From Trichoplax sp. H2 (Eukaryota), in the NCBI GenBank assembly GCA_003344405.1, contig NOWV01000031.1:496001-560000 (forward strand): a DNA stretch of 64,000 bases. Reading direction: 5' to 3'. Position numbers and translations under genes: made by a program. Each line of letters starts with the position of its first letter. Position 1 is the first letter of the stretch. Positions 13,928-25,400 of the stretch are shown here, piece by piece. The notes below the pieces were generated by a model. That model had not been told where the DNA came from and did not search any database. It saw nothing but the letters and a program-made list of their open reading frames with translations.

Positions 13928-16900
13928 TTACAGTAATGCATATGATTTTATAAAATCGTAATTATCATCCCCTTGCAATGTCTTCAGTGCTTTCCAGTAA
14001 ATTGTATTAGCAAGAGCAGGCTGTCCCCAGGCTTTCTCGGCTTTTATATATTTTATCCAATATTCTGCATCGTAAAATAAATAATCAATTTGACAATGTC
14101 TTATTACCTACAGTGAATTAACTAATGCTATTTTACAAAAATACTCGTATAACTGTATCTGGCATGTTAAAGTTGTTGGAATTACCTGCCGATGATTCGC
14201 CAATTTGTGATAGAATTAAATCATATAATTTTCGTAATTTGCTTATATCAGGGGGAGCCTAGTTAAATTGTACAGATTGGATAATTTAGCTAATTGACTT
14301 TTATACGGAAAGAAGCAACATTTATGTTGTTAACCGTACCTGTTGCTGTTCTATATCAACACACATGCAAAGGAATTCAATAGATACGAGAGAATTTGCT
14401 ATCAGACTGTACAAGTACAAAAATAATGATAAACTCGGTCAATTGAGGCATAATTAAATTATCAAATCATGATTGAAAATTATAATTAAGTATCGCGAAT
14501 TGAATTAGTTTTAGTTATTGGTCAACTTTACTTGGTGTAGACTTTTCGAACTTTTCTGATACTCTTATTTAAGGCCGTCCATTCTAAATATCTTTCTTGC
14601 ATCGGCTTAGCGATTTCAGGAGATAGATTTATTGTTTTCTGTAGAAATAATACATAGGCTATCTTAATAATTACAACCAATGATGTTTTATACCATTTTT
14701 AAAGTCAATCACTTCAAGGTAGTAATTTGGTTTAAGTACTACAGGAAAGAACTGAGTGTCGATGTTACTAATACAACATGAAACTCAAGCAATGTCCAAT
14801 GCTTAGAATTACGGGACAGTGCCATATCAGATTACAAGAGTGTTTTCATAACGTACAAGGGCTTGTAGTATTACCTCTAAAAAAGTATTTACAAGCTTGG
14901 GCTTGCTTGTTAAATACCATTCTAGTCGCAATTGCCAAATTGGAATCGAAGTCTAGTAGATTAAAGATGAAAACATAAAATACGCGTATATTGGCTACAT
15001 AACGCCTTTCCTTTAAATTTTGCTTAGCATACCTTAACTGGTAGACACTTTAAGGCTTTATCAAATCCATTTTCAATATCGTGTTCTTCATACACTTCTA
15101 CAGTACATTAAAATAGTTATCATCCACTTACTTATTCTTGTAGTGAAAATAATATTTAAACTTAGATACTTTACATTATAATCAACTAGTATTCGATTTG
15201 TGATATAAGATACCATTGAACATTTCAATAAATGTGTAATAATCAATAAGAGCAATAACGTTGCTTGATGCGAATGTTAAACATACGATACATCGATTTC
15301 AACCCTTTTAAATAAATTGACTAAAATACCTTGATAACTTAAAAGTAATGTCAGATAAAATTTCCAAGATTGCAATTCCGAATTAAAATCACGTATGTAT
15401 TTTTCAAGTACGGCCGGAATATCTTGATCTTTTCTTATTTTCTGCAAGATCTTGATCTAGAATTCCATAATAACAAAAATTAAAAAATTGCGTTGATACT
15501 AGTTGAAAGAGTCCTTGCTGCTTTACTGCGGTAATAGAAATGGTTGATGTGTATCAAAATTTATTGCTATAATCTGACCCATAAGAAATATTTATTTTCA
15601 GATAACTTTTTTCCAGCAGCAGCTTTTTCAAATATTTCTAGTAAAATTTCCAACTAGCAGATGCAAATATACAGTATTAGTTAGAATGATGTCTTAAACT
15701 TGAATGACAGAGCTGGTAAAGATGCACCACCTTTGATAGACACGTTGGAGAAGTAAGTACGACTTTCTCGTAGTACCATGACAAATAGTAGTCCCACATT
15801 TGCACTAAATCAAGTAGCAAGAATTTGAAAATTATTCGATACAAGAATAAGTTAAAATACTGTATGTATCTATGATATCACTATACCAGTATTAAGTTGT
15901 TTTAATCCTTCCTCGTATCGTAACTGTACACGTTCAATCAGATCTTCTATTTCGTTACCTTACAATAATGAATAACTTTCACCGTTAGTTAAGACTACGT
16001 TATAAAATTTATAATACTGACGCAACATTGCTAAGGCACCGTTGTAGCTAGATGCCTTACCTGGTAGCGCATTTATATCAGGATGATCATCATATTCTTT
16101 TTCGGCAAAGAAATGCCAACTAGCTTCTTGATCGGGAAAGTCATCTAACAAACTATTATGCGAGACAAGCTGATCAAAATGTACTTTCATTGTAATTACC
16201 TAGGTTGTTATGAATTAAAATTATTCCAATACTACTTACCTATTATAAATTGCGTCTCGATACTGCTTTGTTGATTCAAATAATTTGTAAATTCCAATAA
16301 ATGACATTCTAAATTCAATATCATCTAAGCAAGTTATGTAATAATAGGCAAAGAAGAGATTTGTTTAACATCGACTTATTGCAAGGCATCTATGAGAATA
16401 ATTTCATTCCAGAGCTACAATTAAATGATTATATCTATTTACGATTTATTCGGCCTTTCAATTACCTGGTATCGCCTTGACAGCATTTTGATAGACTACG
16501 TCAGCAATTTTGTTAGCAAAAAATTCATCCGACATTTCACCGGAATCCTATTAAAATCGTACCATAGATATTCTTCAGGAATACAGCGCTTTATTATTAA
16601 AATATACAAGTTTCCAATGCGTCTATTGTATTACTAACGTCTTGATTCGGTTCGCTGATATTGAGTACTTGTCGCCTTTTACGCATCTAGAATATATAGT
16701 TTTTAAATGAAAGAAGAAATTACTTTACTATAAAAATGGTAGTCATCCTAGCAAAGCGATGAGACTTTGAACGCAACATGTTATATCACAGTAATTTATC
16801 TAGCAGTATAGTTAATCACCTTGTCAACATAAAGCAATTCCAATCGAAAATACTAAAAAACAAGTTAGTAAAAAAGATAATTTTAATCCGCATTCAAGTA

Positions 16901-19562
16901 AGTTATATAAGCTAGAATTGAAATATAATTAAACATTGTAAACAACATACTTCCGGCCATAGTGATTTTGACGTAGAGTTTCTTCTAATTGCAAGTTGCA
17001 TGATTCGTCTAGAGGTATCCGTTTTTAAGCGTGAAGAAAGTAAGATTCTAAAAATTTTCGCATTCATAGTATCTACAAGATTACTTTAACTTCAGTTGTT
17101 ACCTAGCATTATCAATATCTTTGTTATCTTCAAATTCCCACTTTGCAGCCAAAATCCAAAATTCTATGGATATAAACGATAATTTTCATAAATCGCATAC
17201 CGATAAGCATTGAACCTATTCATTCAGATGTTCAATTTGTATATATATATTACGATTAAATATGTAATATTCTTACCTGATCTGTAAGGGTGAGCTTGTA
17301 ACATTCTAGAGAAGGCTTTGCTTACAACTTTGGTACTACCCTATAAATTTTAATATTATCCGCATGAAAGTACATTAATATCGATAGTTGTCAACAAGCC
17401 CAATTTCACATTCAAGATAATAAGTTATTATCTCTAGCATAAGTACTATTTACAGGATATTAAATTTTACCATATTTTTGGAAAATGCAATATATTCCAG
17501 CCAAAGTTTTGAATCACTCTACGATATTATAATAACAGTTTGTTACTTAAGATTTCTCGGTTTGTTAATAACGTCATACTCTTATATTGGCAAAAATGAT
17601 ATTTTATCTCTTTCCTATAGGAAACACTAAGTATAAATTATTATATGTGTCTCATTGCTGCTTTGCAGCTAAATCAATTTACAGCGTCTACGTTCTTACC
17701 CTAAATTTTCTTAATGCTTTCTATAGTGGTTTATAATTTGCAGGGGATGTTAAAAAAAAGGGAAGATACAACCATTAACTTTAGTAAATCGTTGACATTA
17801 TTGAATTGAATAATTCATAAGCGTACTTGATAAAGTCGATGAATTCGGTTAATAATTGCAAAGTCGACAGTTTTTTTCTTATTGTAGATACCAAGTTTCT
17901 TTATATACAACACGCATACATACAAATCAGGTGATAAATGTGTCAACGTTAGTGAGATACGTCGCGCAAGCTAGGAAGGGTGGATTTTTATACTATTGCT
18001 CATGCGAATTGATATTTGTAATGTAAAAGTACTTACTGATACAGTATAGGTTATGGTGTATAAGATAATTAGTAATCAGTAAGACAAGTGAGATTACTGT
18101 ATTGTAGAATCAACTAAAGAATAACAAGAGATTATCGTTTGCAACAAGAACTACCCATCCATTACGGTCATATGCATTGTAGAAGTACTATATTTATGGA
18201 TTGCAATTTCCGCATTAGTACAATTTTATTGCATGCTTTGTGTGGGTACAATATTCATTGCTGATACCTCTATTTCCATCGTTCTATTATTGGCGTTTCT
18301 GCTACTGATAGGGATAATGTAAGGTAGGCATGCTACATATTCATGTAATAGCTATTAATATTATTGGAGATGCATAAGAGCTCACCCGCTTCCTGTTATT
18401 TCTTTCCGCTTCTAAATTCATTTCATGCTGAAATTAAAAAAATAATTTAAGTCAATTCCAGTATTTTAAAGCTACCATTATGATATCAACATGCTCTACT
18501 AAACTAGCACATGTTACGATATGCAGTCTTGCGTCCGAGCCTCTCAATATGCAATTTTGTACAGTTTGGTTGTACTTTGCAATCCATTCATGCATACCAT
18601 ACCTTGATATATCGTATAAAATCGATCTTTCTAACTACGCGACGTTGCAATTGATATTCGTAATGAGTACGTTTCTTAACCAAGGCTCTAACAATTGATA
18701 AATACATACTTTATAAGTTAAAAAGTAGCCAAATACAGCATTCGCGCAACGTTGAATCGGTCATTAAGGACACAAAGCGATACTGGTAGGCTGGCTGGAT
18801 AAATACTAGTACAATAGTGATATATGATTGCAATGAGAATAATGGAGCTGAATCATGCCATTTTTTAATGCTCAAAGGTGGGTCTACAATGAGCAAATCT
18901 AGTGAGATAATTGTATCAAGATAATTAATTCTATGATTGAAGTTTGGACTGCACCCATTTGCATGCTTGTTGTAAGGTGTAAGGGATGAAGTTGTAGAAA
19001 GTATGCTAGTAGTATTCATAAGCTAGTGCTAATTTATAGAGGTGTCAGAGGTTGAGTTCTGCTCAAAGATGTAAGATCGATGAAGCAACTGGATATGTTG
19101 ATTCAGTAAGCCAATAGTAATACATAATTCTTTTCAATAAAACTGGTATACAGTAATGTATCAGCAGAACTGTATCCTTTACCTGACTGAAGGTATTTTT
19201 GAACTCTATGGAAGTACAAGATGTTGTATAGTATCTCGTGGCATCATGTACTATTCCTCGTGTACGAGTATAACATTCATCAACCATTTTCCATTGACAC
19301 AGTACAGAAATGTGCATGTTTTGTATGCATATCCTATCTAGTCAATCTAATCGACAGTATATTCTGTCGTTTCTAATATTATGAGGCATTATAACTTTAT
19401 TCTACTCCATCAATAAACCGATAGCACACTTAGGTAGTAAGACGATGGTAGCACAAAAATGAATCAACACCTGATTTCATCTCGAGTAAACAAGTTATTT
19501 TCTTGCATGTCTTCCAATTCTGGTAGCATTTGCTCCAGTGCTCGTTGGACGAATTCCGCCAT
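13928..19562 (-). CDS. UTP6: U3 snoRNA-associated protein 6 homolog (HAT repeats), multi-exon
   Basis: Exon 1 is MAEFVQRALEQMLPELEDMQENNLFTRDEIR. Later exons give ALVKKRTHYEYQLQRR..DFIRYIKHEMNLE, KLWLEYIAF, FWILAAKWEFE and YFRLELLYVDKMRKR. The last exon is YWIKYIKAEK..IYWKALKTLQG..YALL*. Confidence 0.93.
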
Positions 19563-19836
19563 AGTTTATTTCTTTCTTTCTATGCAAGCTAAAGGAGTTG
19601 GTAGAAATAGTCCAAGTAGGGTTTGCTGAAGGTTCTTTTTGTCTTGCAGCAGCTCCACCATTAATAGTATAGAATTATGATTACTCGAATAATACAGTAC
19701 CTCTTGTTTCATACAGTTTACTTACACGTTCTCAGAGAATTACCACAGTACGATGCTGCTGTACAGTATGACTGCGCACACTATTTAGTTACAGACAGAC
19801 GGTACAGACCTTCAGTGTACTAGAAAGTTGTTAATT

Positions 19837-20756
19837 TGAGTCAAAAGCAGTAGAAAATGAAGGTGTCGTGAAGGGAGTCCAGTCCAGTCCAGTCCGGTCC
19901 AGCCCAGTAGATTTACTGTAATTGACTAGGTTGGGCGTTTTCCGATTCCAAAGTTGTCATAGTAACCGCCGTGCGGTACAGTGCGAAAGGCTTGTGAGGC
20001 ACTTTGCACTGTACCTCTAGCTAAAATGGCCGTTAATCATACTCTATATTCTTATTCATGAACTACTTACGTATCGTGCGTGATCAATGAAATCGAATCA
20101 TTTTATATCTGATACACGGTACGGTATAAAGTTACTGAACCTCTGTTAAATGAGCACATTATCGTAAACCGTCAGTAAAGCGACGGGAGCTTGCACTAAT
20201 ATATACTGTATATATATATATATTATACAGTATGAATGAGTGGGTAAGAGTGTTCCACATAGCTAAAAATGGAGAGTTACTGTAAGATTAGAGAAATGCG
20301 GTATGTATATCAGTATACAGTATGTCATACACTCTACTACTACACAGTACACGGTATAAAGTTACTGAACCTCTGACAGGTCTACGACAAATGGTAATAC
20401 TATCTGTTAAATGAGCACATTATCGTAAATCGTCAGCAAAGCGACGGGAGTTTGCACTAGTACANNNNNNNNNNNNNNNNNNNNTGAGTCAAAAGCAGTA
20501 GAAAATGAAGGTGTCGTGGAAGGGAGTCCAGTCCAGTCCGGTCCAGCCCAGTAGATTTACTGTAATTGACTAGGTTGGGCGTTTTCCGATTCCAAAGTTG
20601 TCATAGTAACCGCCGTGCGGTACAGTGCGAAAGACTTGTGAGGCACTTTGCACTGTACCTCTAGCTAAAATGGCCGTTAACCATACTCTATATTCTTATT
20701 CATGAACTACTTACGTATCGTGCGTGATCAATAAAATCGAATCATTTTATATCTGA
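19837..20756. repeat. Near-identical ~275 bp copies (19837-20112, 20485-20756) flanking a 20-N gap (20465-20484); probable allelic or assembly overlap
   Basis: The copies differ by a few SNPs and one GTCCA unit. ~20115-20200 also recurs, with an insertion, at ~20350-20460. Confidence 0.85.
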
Positions 20757-21331
20757 TTGAGAAATTAGCTTGATGAACGTTTCATTGAGAATGAATATAA
20801 AATACGATGTCATATAATATATACAATATATAGAAACTATAACATAACGTACAGTACTGTACTGTACTTTACTGTGCGTACAGTGTACAGTATATGTCAA
20901 TACTCGTCCGGTAGCACTAGCAGTGATGGATTGTAAACAGATAGCGACTGCGTCAAGGGCCAATCATTGATGCGTGCGTATTGGAATCTCCTATGCTGGC
21001 TATGCATGTCGAATTTACTAGAATATTTGTTTTAGGGATTGTCGATTTTGGCTATCCGCATAAGTCTTGATGAAAAGTTGATATGTTGGTGTCCTTCTTT
21101 TCACTACATTTGTTGGAGAACTTATTGCAGATATATGATAGTTATGTAAATCTACTTATGGGCAGTAACTTTCGTAGACGCGTCTTGTATTTACTGTAGA
21201 ACAAGTGTGGGTTCGACTAATGAATATTGATTAAGATTAATCTTGGTCAATTTCTTTTCAAGCTAAAGAGTTAGTGGATCTAGACCTGACTGTGGATCCC
21301 ATTGACAATCCACATTGTAGAAGAGTATAGA

Positions 21332-21850
21332 AACTATAGAAAAGAGGTAGAAAAGGGAAATTGTATAGAAAGGCATTTGTGTCGTCTATCCGAGATGATC
21401 CGAGTTGGTCTAAATAGTCCAAGTTGGGTTTGCTGAGCGTTCTTTTGCCTCTGCAATGCTGCAGCAGTGACACCATTCATTACAATTGAAATGGTAGTCT
21501 GCTTGCAGTTGATTTCTACTTCACTCCCTCTTACTGCACGCTCTGCAGAGCCTTCCTTCAGCAGGCTGAGGTAGACTGATTTCGAGTTCAATCCAGAGTG
21601 TTTTTTTCTCTTCACTCTATGGGTAACAGTACTGTTAACTATAGAAAAGAGGTAGAAAAGGGAAATTGTATAGAAAGGCATTTGTGCCGTCTATCCGAGA
21701 TGATTGGAGTTGGTCTAAATAGTCCAAGCAAGGTACGTTGACACGATGAACTTTTGCACGCTTACTGCACGCTGTGCAGAGCCTTCCTTCAGCAGGCTTG
21801 AGGTAGAGTGATTGGAGTTCAATCCAGAGTGTTTTTTCTCTTCACTCTAC
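21332..21850. repeat. Two-copy direct duplication (offset 305 bp; second copy internally deleted) containing a relic of the UTP6 5' leader
   Basis: AACTATAGAAAAGAGGTAGAAAAGGGAAATTG starts at 21332 and 21637, and both copies end TTTTTTCTCTTCACTCTA. Confidence 0.9.
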
Positions 21851-21947
21851 TGTATGGATAACAGTACAGTACAGTACTTTACTGTACAGTATACAGTACA
21901 CTGTACAGTACTTCAGTATACTGTACTTAATGTACTGTACAGTACTA

Positions 21948-22288
21948 TACTGTCTCTCATGGCTGTCATTGCAACACGCTTCAATGTCCATCTGTACCGT
22001 ACCGTACCATGCATGCGCATTGCATTGTGTCATGATGGATTGCGCAATGTGCACTCTTGTTCTTGACTCCCTTCCGAAAAGAAGGACAGACTGACAGCGG
22101 ACGCTGCAGGACTTACTGTACTGTACTGTCTCTCATGGCTGTCATTGCAACACGCTTCAATGTCCATCCGTACCGTACCGTACCATACATGCGCATTGCA
22201 TTGTGTCATGGTGGATTGCGCAATGTGCACTCTTGTTCTTAACTCCCTTCCGAAAAGAAGGACAGACTGACAGCGGACGCTGCAGGAC
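21948..22288. repeat. 176 bp tandem duplication upstream of SLC25A10 copy A
   Basis: TACTGTCTCTCATGGCTGTC...GCTGCAGGAC occurs at 21948 and 22124 with few substitutions. Confidence 0.93.
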
Positions 22289-22482
22289 AGACTGGACTGT
22301 GGACGTGATTGATCGACGTCACAGCCACCGGTCAGCCCACTTGTCGTGGATCGGAAACGGTACCAGGACCAAGAGACGTCAAACAAGTGGACGGTCGACG
22401 TTCAACTCGTTCTCCAATCAATCAACAGGTGTTGCAATAGCGTTGCTGGAAGAAGAGGATGACAAAAACTAATTTAGCCGCC

Positions 22483-25400
22483 ATGCCTAATCAAGGACCA
22501 AGGAAAGTAGCCGCTTGGTATGATGGTGGTCTAGCTGGTGCTGCTGCTGCATGTTTTACCCATCCACTTGATCTCGTCAAGGTATAGCGATCGTTCACGC
22601 TAGCTATCTCCTCTACCCATCGACAGTATTCTTCCACATCCACCAACTACTCATCTCGTTGATGAAACAACTTGAAAGTAACCAAGCACAAGCGATCGCT
22701 ACATGCACAATTCTGCTTGCATTGATTGTTGTTTTTCGCGACCCATTTTTCCACATCCACTAACTACTCATCTCGTTGATGAAACAACTTGAAAGTAACC
22801 AAGCACAAGCGATCGTTACATGCACAATTCTGCTTCTATTGATTGTTGTTTTTCGCTACTCATTCTTATACATCCACTAACTACTCCACTCGTGGATGAA
22901 ACAACTTGAAAGTAACCAACAATAACCGGTTGATCGCTACTTGCACAATTCTGCTTCTATTGATTATTGCTTTTCTCGAGCTATTCTTGCATATCCACTG
23001 ACTACTCAACTTGTTGATGAAACAACTTGAAGTTTAAAGTAACCAACAACAACCGATCGCTACATGCACAATTCTACTTCTATTGATTGTTGTTTTTCGC
23101 TACTCATTCTTGCACATCCGCTGACTACTCCACTCGTGGATGAAACATCTTGAAAGTAACCAACAATAACCGGTTGATCGCTACATGCACAATTCTGCTT
23201 CCATTTTTGTTGTTTTCTACATGCAGAATTGTTCAACTATTGATTTTTGTTTTTACATCATTCCAACTTGCTTGAATTTCATATTGCTTCCATGACTAAT
23301 CCTATTCTAGAATGATAGATAGATCGATACTGTATATATACATACAGTATAATCATCCATGGTCAGAGAAGGAGTCGATAACATCCATTTCTTCTGACTA
23401 GTTTTGAGGGGAGGTTAAAACTAGTATTGCATCACTTTATTTGATTTGCTGGTCATATTGTAACCTAATTTTATTTTTATTTACTCTTCTTCACACTGCA
23501 TAATCGTGATCGTATTCAAACACTCGCTAGTACTGCCAATCCAGTGGATTGCTTTTCCCCTTGGTGTACAGTAGGACGATAGAGTGAGTGGACGATACAC
23601 GAAAGCAACTCATGGACGCCTGAACGAGTCATCATAGGACGGAAGCACGCCACCGCCCTCCAACTTTTTCTCTTCAAACCATTCATTTCATCGCCATTAA
23701 TACAAATGTCGTTGCCCCCTACGGCATTATTAAATCCATTATAGTGCCGTTGAGATGTTGCCATTAAATGCATCATTGACTTGGTTACATCTTTCCATCA
23801 AGATTTGAAACTGATTTGAAATCAGGATGGCCATGGATGATTTACAAACAGTCATTTCAATTGAATTGGATTGATATCGTGAGGGTAGTCTAAAGCACTT
23901 AATCCGTAATATTATTCTGTGATAATCCTTCCTTTCACGCGGATATTCATACGGTCTATGAAAGTGGATTATTACATCAACTTATTCCATTTCAATTATT
24001 CTAACCTTGAGAAGGGGGCATCTCTATTCCATCCTATTATCGATCATCATCGATACAAGCTCTTGGTGCATGGATCGTTTCTTGATACCAGCAACAAATC
24101 ATCATCACTCTTGCCAATATTGTTATCAATCATAAAAAAAATCAAAATTACATTACAATATCGCTTATTACCATAGTAACGATAAATTGACAGGATAACC
24201 AACCCATATATTTTCATCACATGTACTGTATATTACCCTATCTACAAATGGATTAAAGATACGAGTACTAGTAGATTCTAGATAAAGATTGCAATATTGA
24301 TTTAATCTAGTAATAAGAATAGAATGGAGAATTGACTTTTTGTGGTACCGTAGGTCCATCTGCAAACACAACAGCAAGCATCGATGGGTGCATCTCGGAT
24401 GGCCATTAATGTTGTCAAAACGGATGGTATTACAGCACTTTATACCGGTTTATCAGCCTCAGTCATGCGACAGGTAAGAGGATACTTGCAGATTCGTATG
24501 CCATCAATTGACTTTGTATGATATAACGTACGTTTTAAAGTGTATTTACTGCTCATAGAGTAGTTGCACCTTTGCCAACCAGTAGCAACGATAATTAATT
24601 ATATGCGACTAGATTACCTCTATGTATTAATTATCTTGTATTCAATTATCTCAAATAAAGGAGATAAATGAGTATCATATCAATACTGTGGTACCTTTCC
24701 ATAATTATTTTTTTTGTATTTCTATGGTCACAGCGGTGACCATAACTTACCTGTTACTGCTACTTATAAAAAGTTCTACAGTAGCTGCCAGAAATAGAAA
24801 ATGGCTCGTCAATGTATAGTACTTATTTATTTTGATATCCTATTCTAGCTGACGTACTCCACCGCCAGATTTGCTATTTATGATTATTTAAAAACGAAAT
24901 TCCAGCATGGAAATGATCCTCTTCCATTCATTCAAAAGATAGGCATCGCCGCTGTAGGAGGTATGCAAATGCTATGACTTACGCACAACTAATGATGTCT
25001 TACAAGTGTACATTAAATAAATAAAGAATTCGCGATACTGGAGTTTACAAATTTTCTACGACTAAGTAATTTTCCTCACATCTCAAATACCTAATTGGCC
25101 TTACAGCGATAACGCATCTACTATACAGATTTACTGTAATTAGGGCTTACTGGAATTATAATTTTGTTCATGCTACGATATTGATATTATTATTATTACT
25201 CGTTAATAGTCGTTATACCTATTATACGTGCATCTTACCATGCTAGTGACGTAATACGTACACCTGATGGAGATTGCATTTTAAACTGGAAATTATACCG
25301 TAGTTCTAAATCAATCTGAACGCAACATATCTCTCTACAACCTCATCAGCGTTTCACTTCACATCGAAAAACTGTAGAAACTTTGCAACGCACCGACGTA

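Noticed and set aside
19837..20756. Duplication around the N gap as real structure
   Set aside because: Near-identical copies abutting a scaffold gap are most simply unmerged alleles. The same caution applies to 62181-63440.
21258..22472. Cluster of overlapping short ORFs on both strands
   Set aside because: They are products of pentamer runs and local duplications in a promoter region and have no protein-like features.
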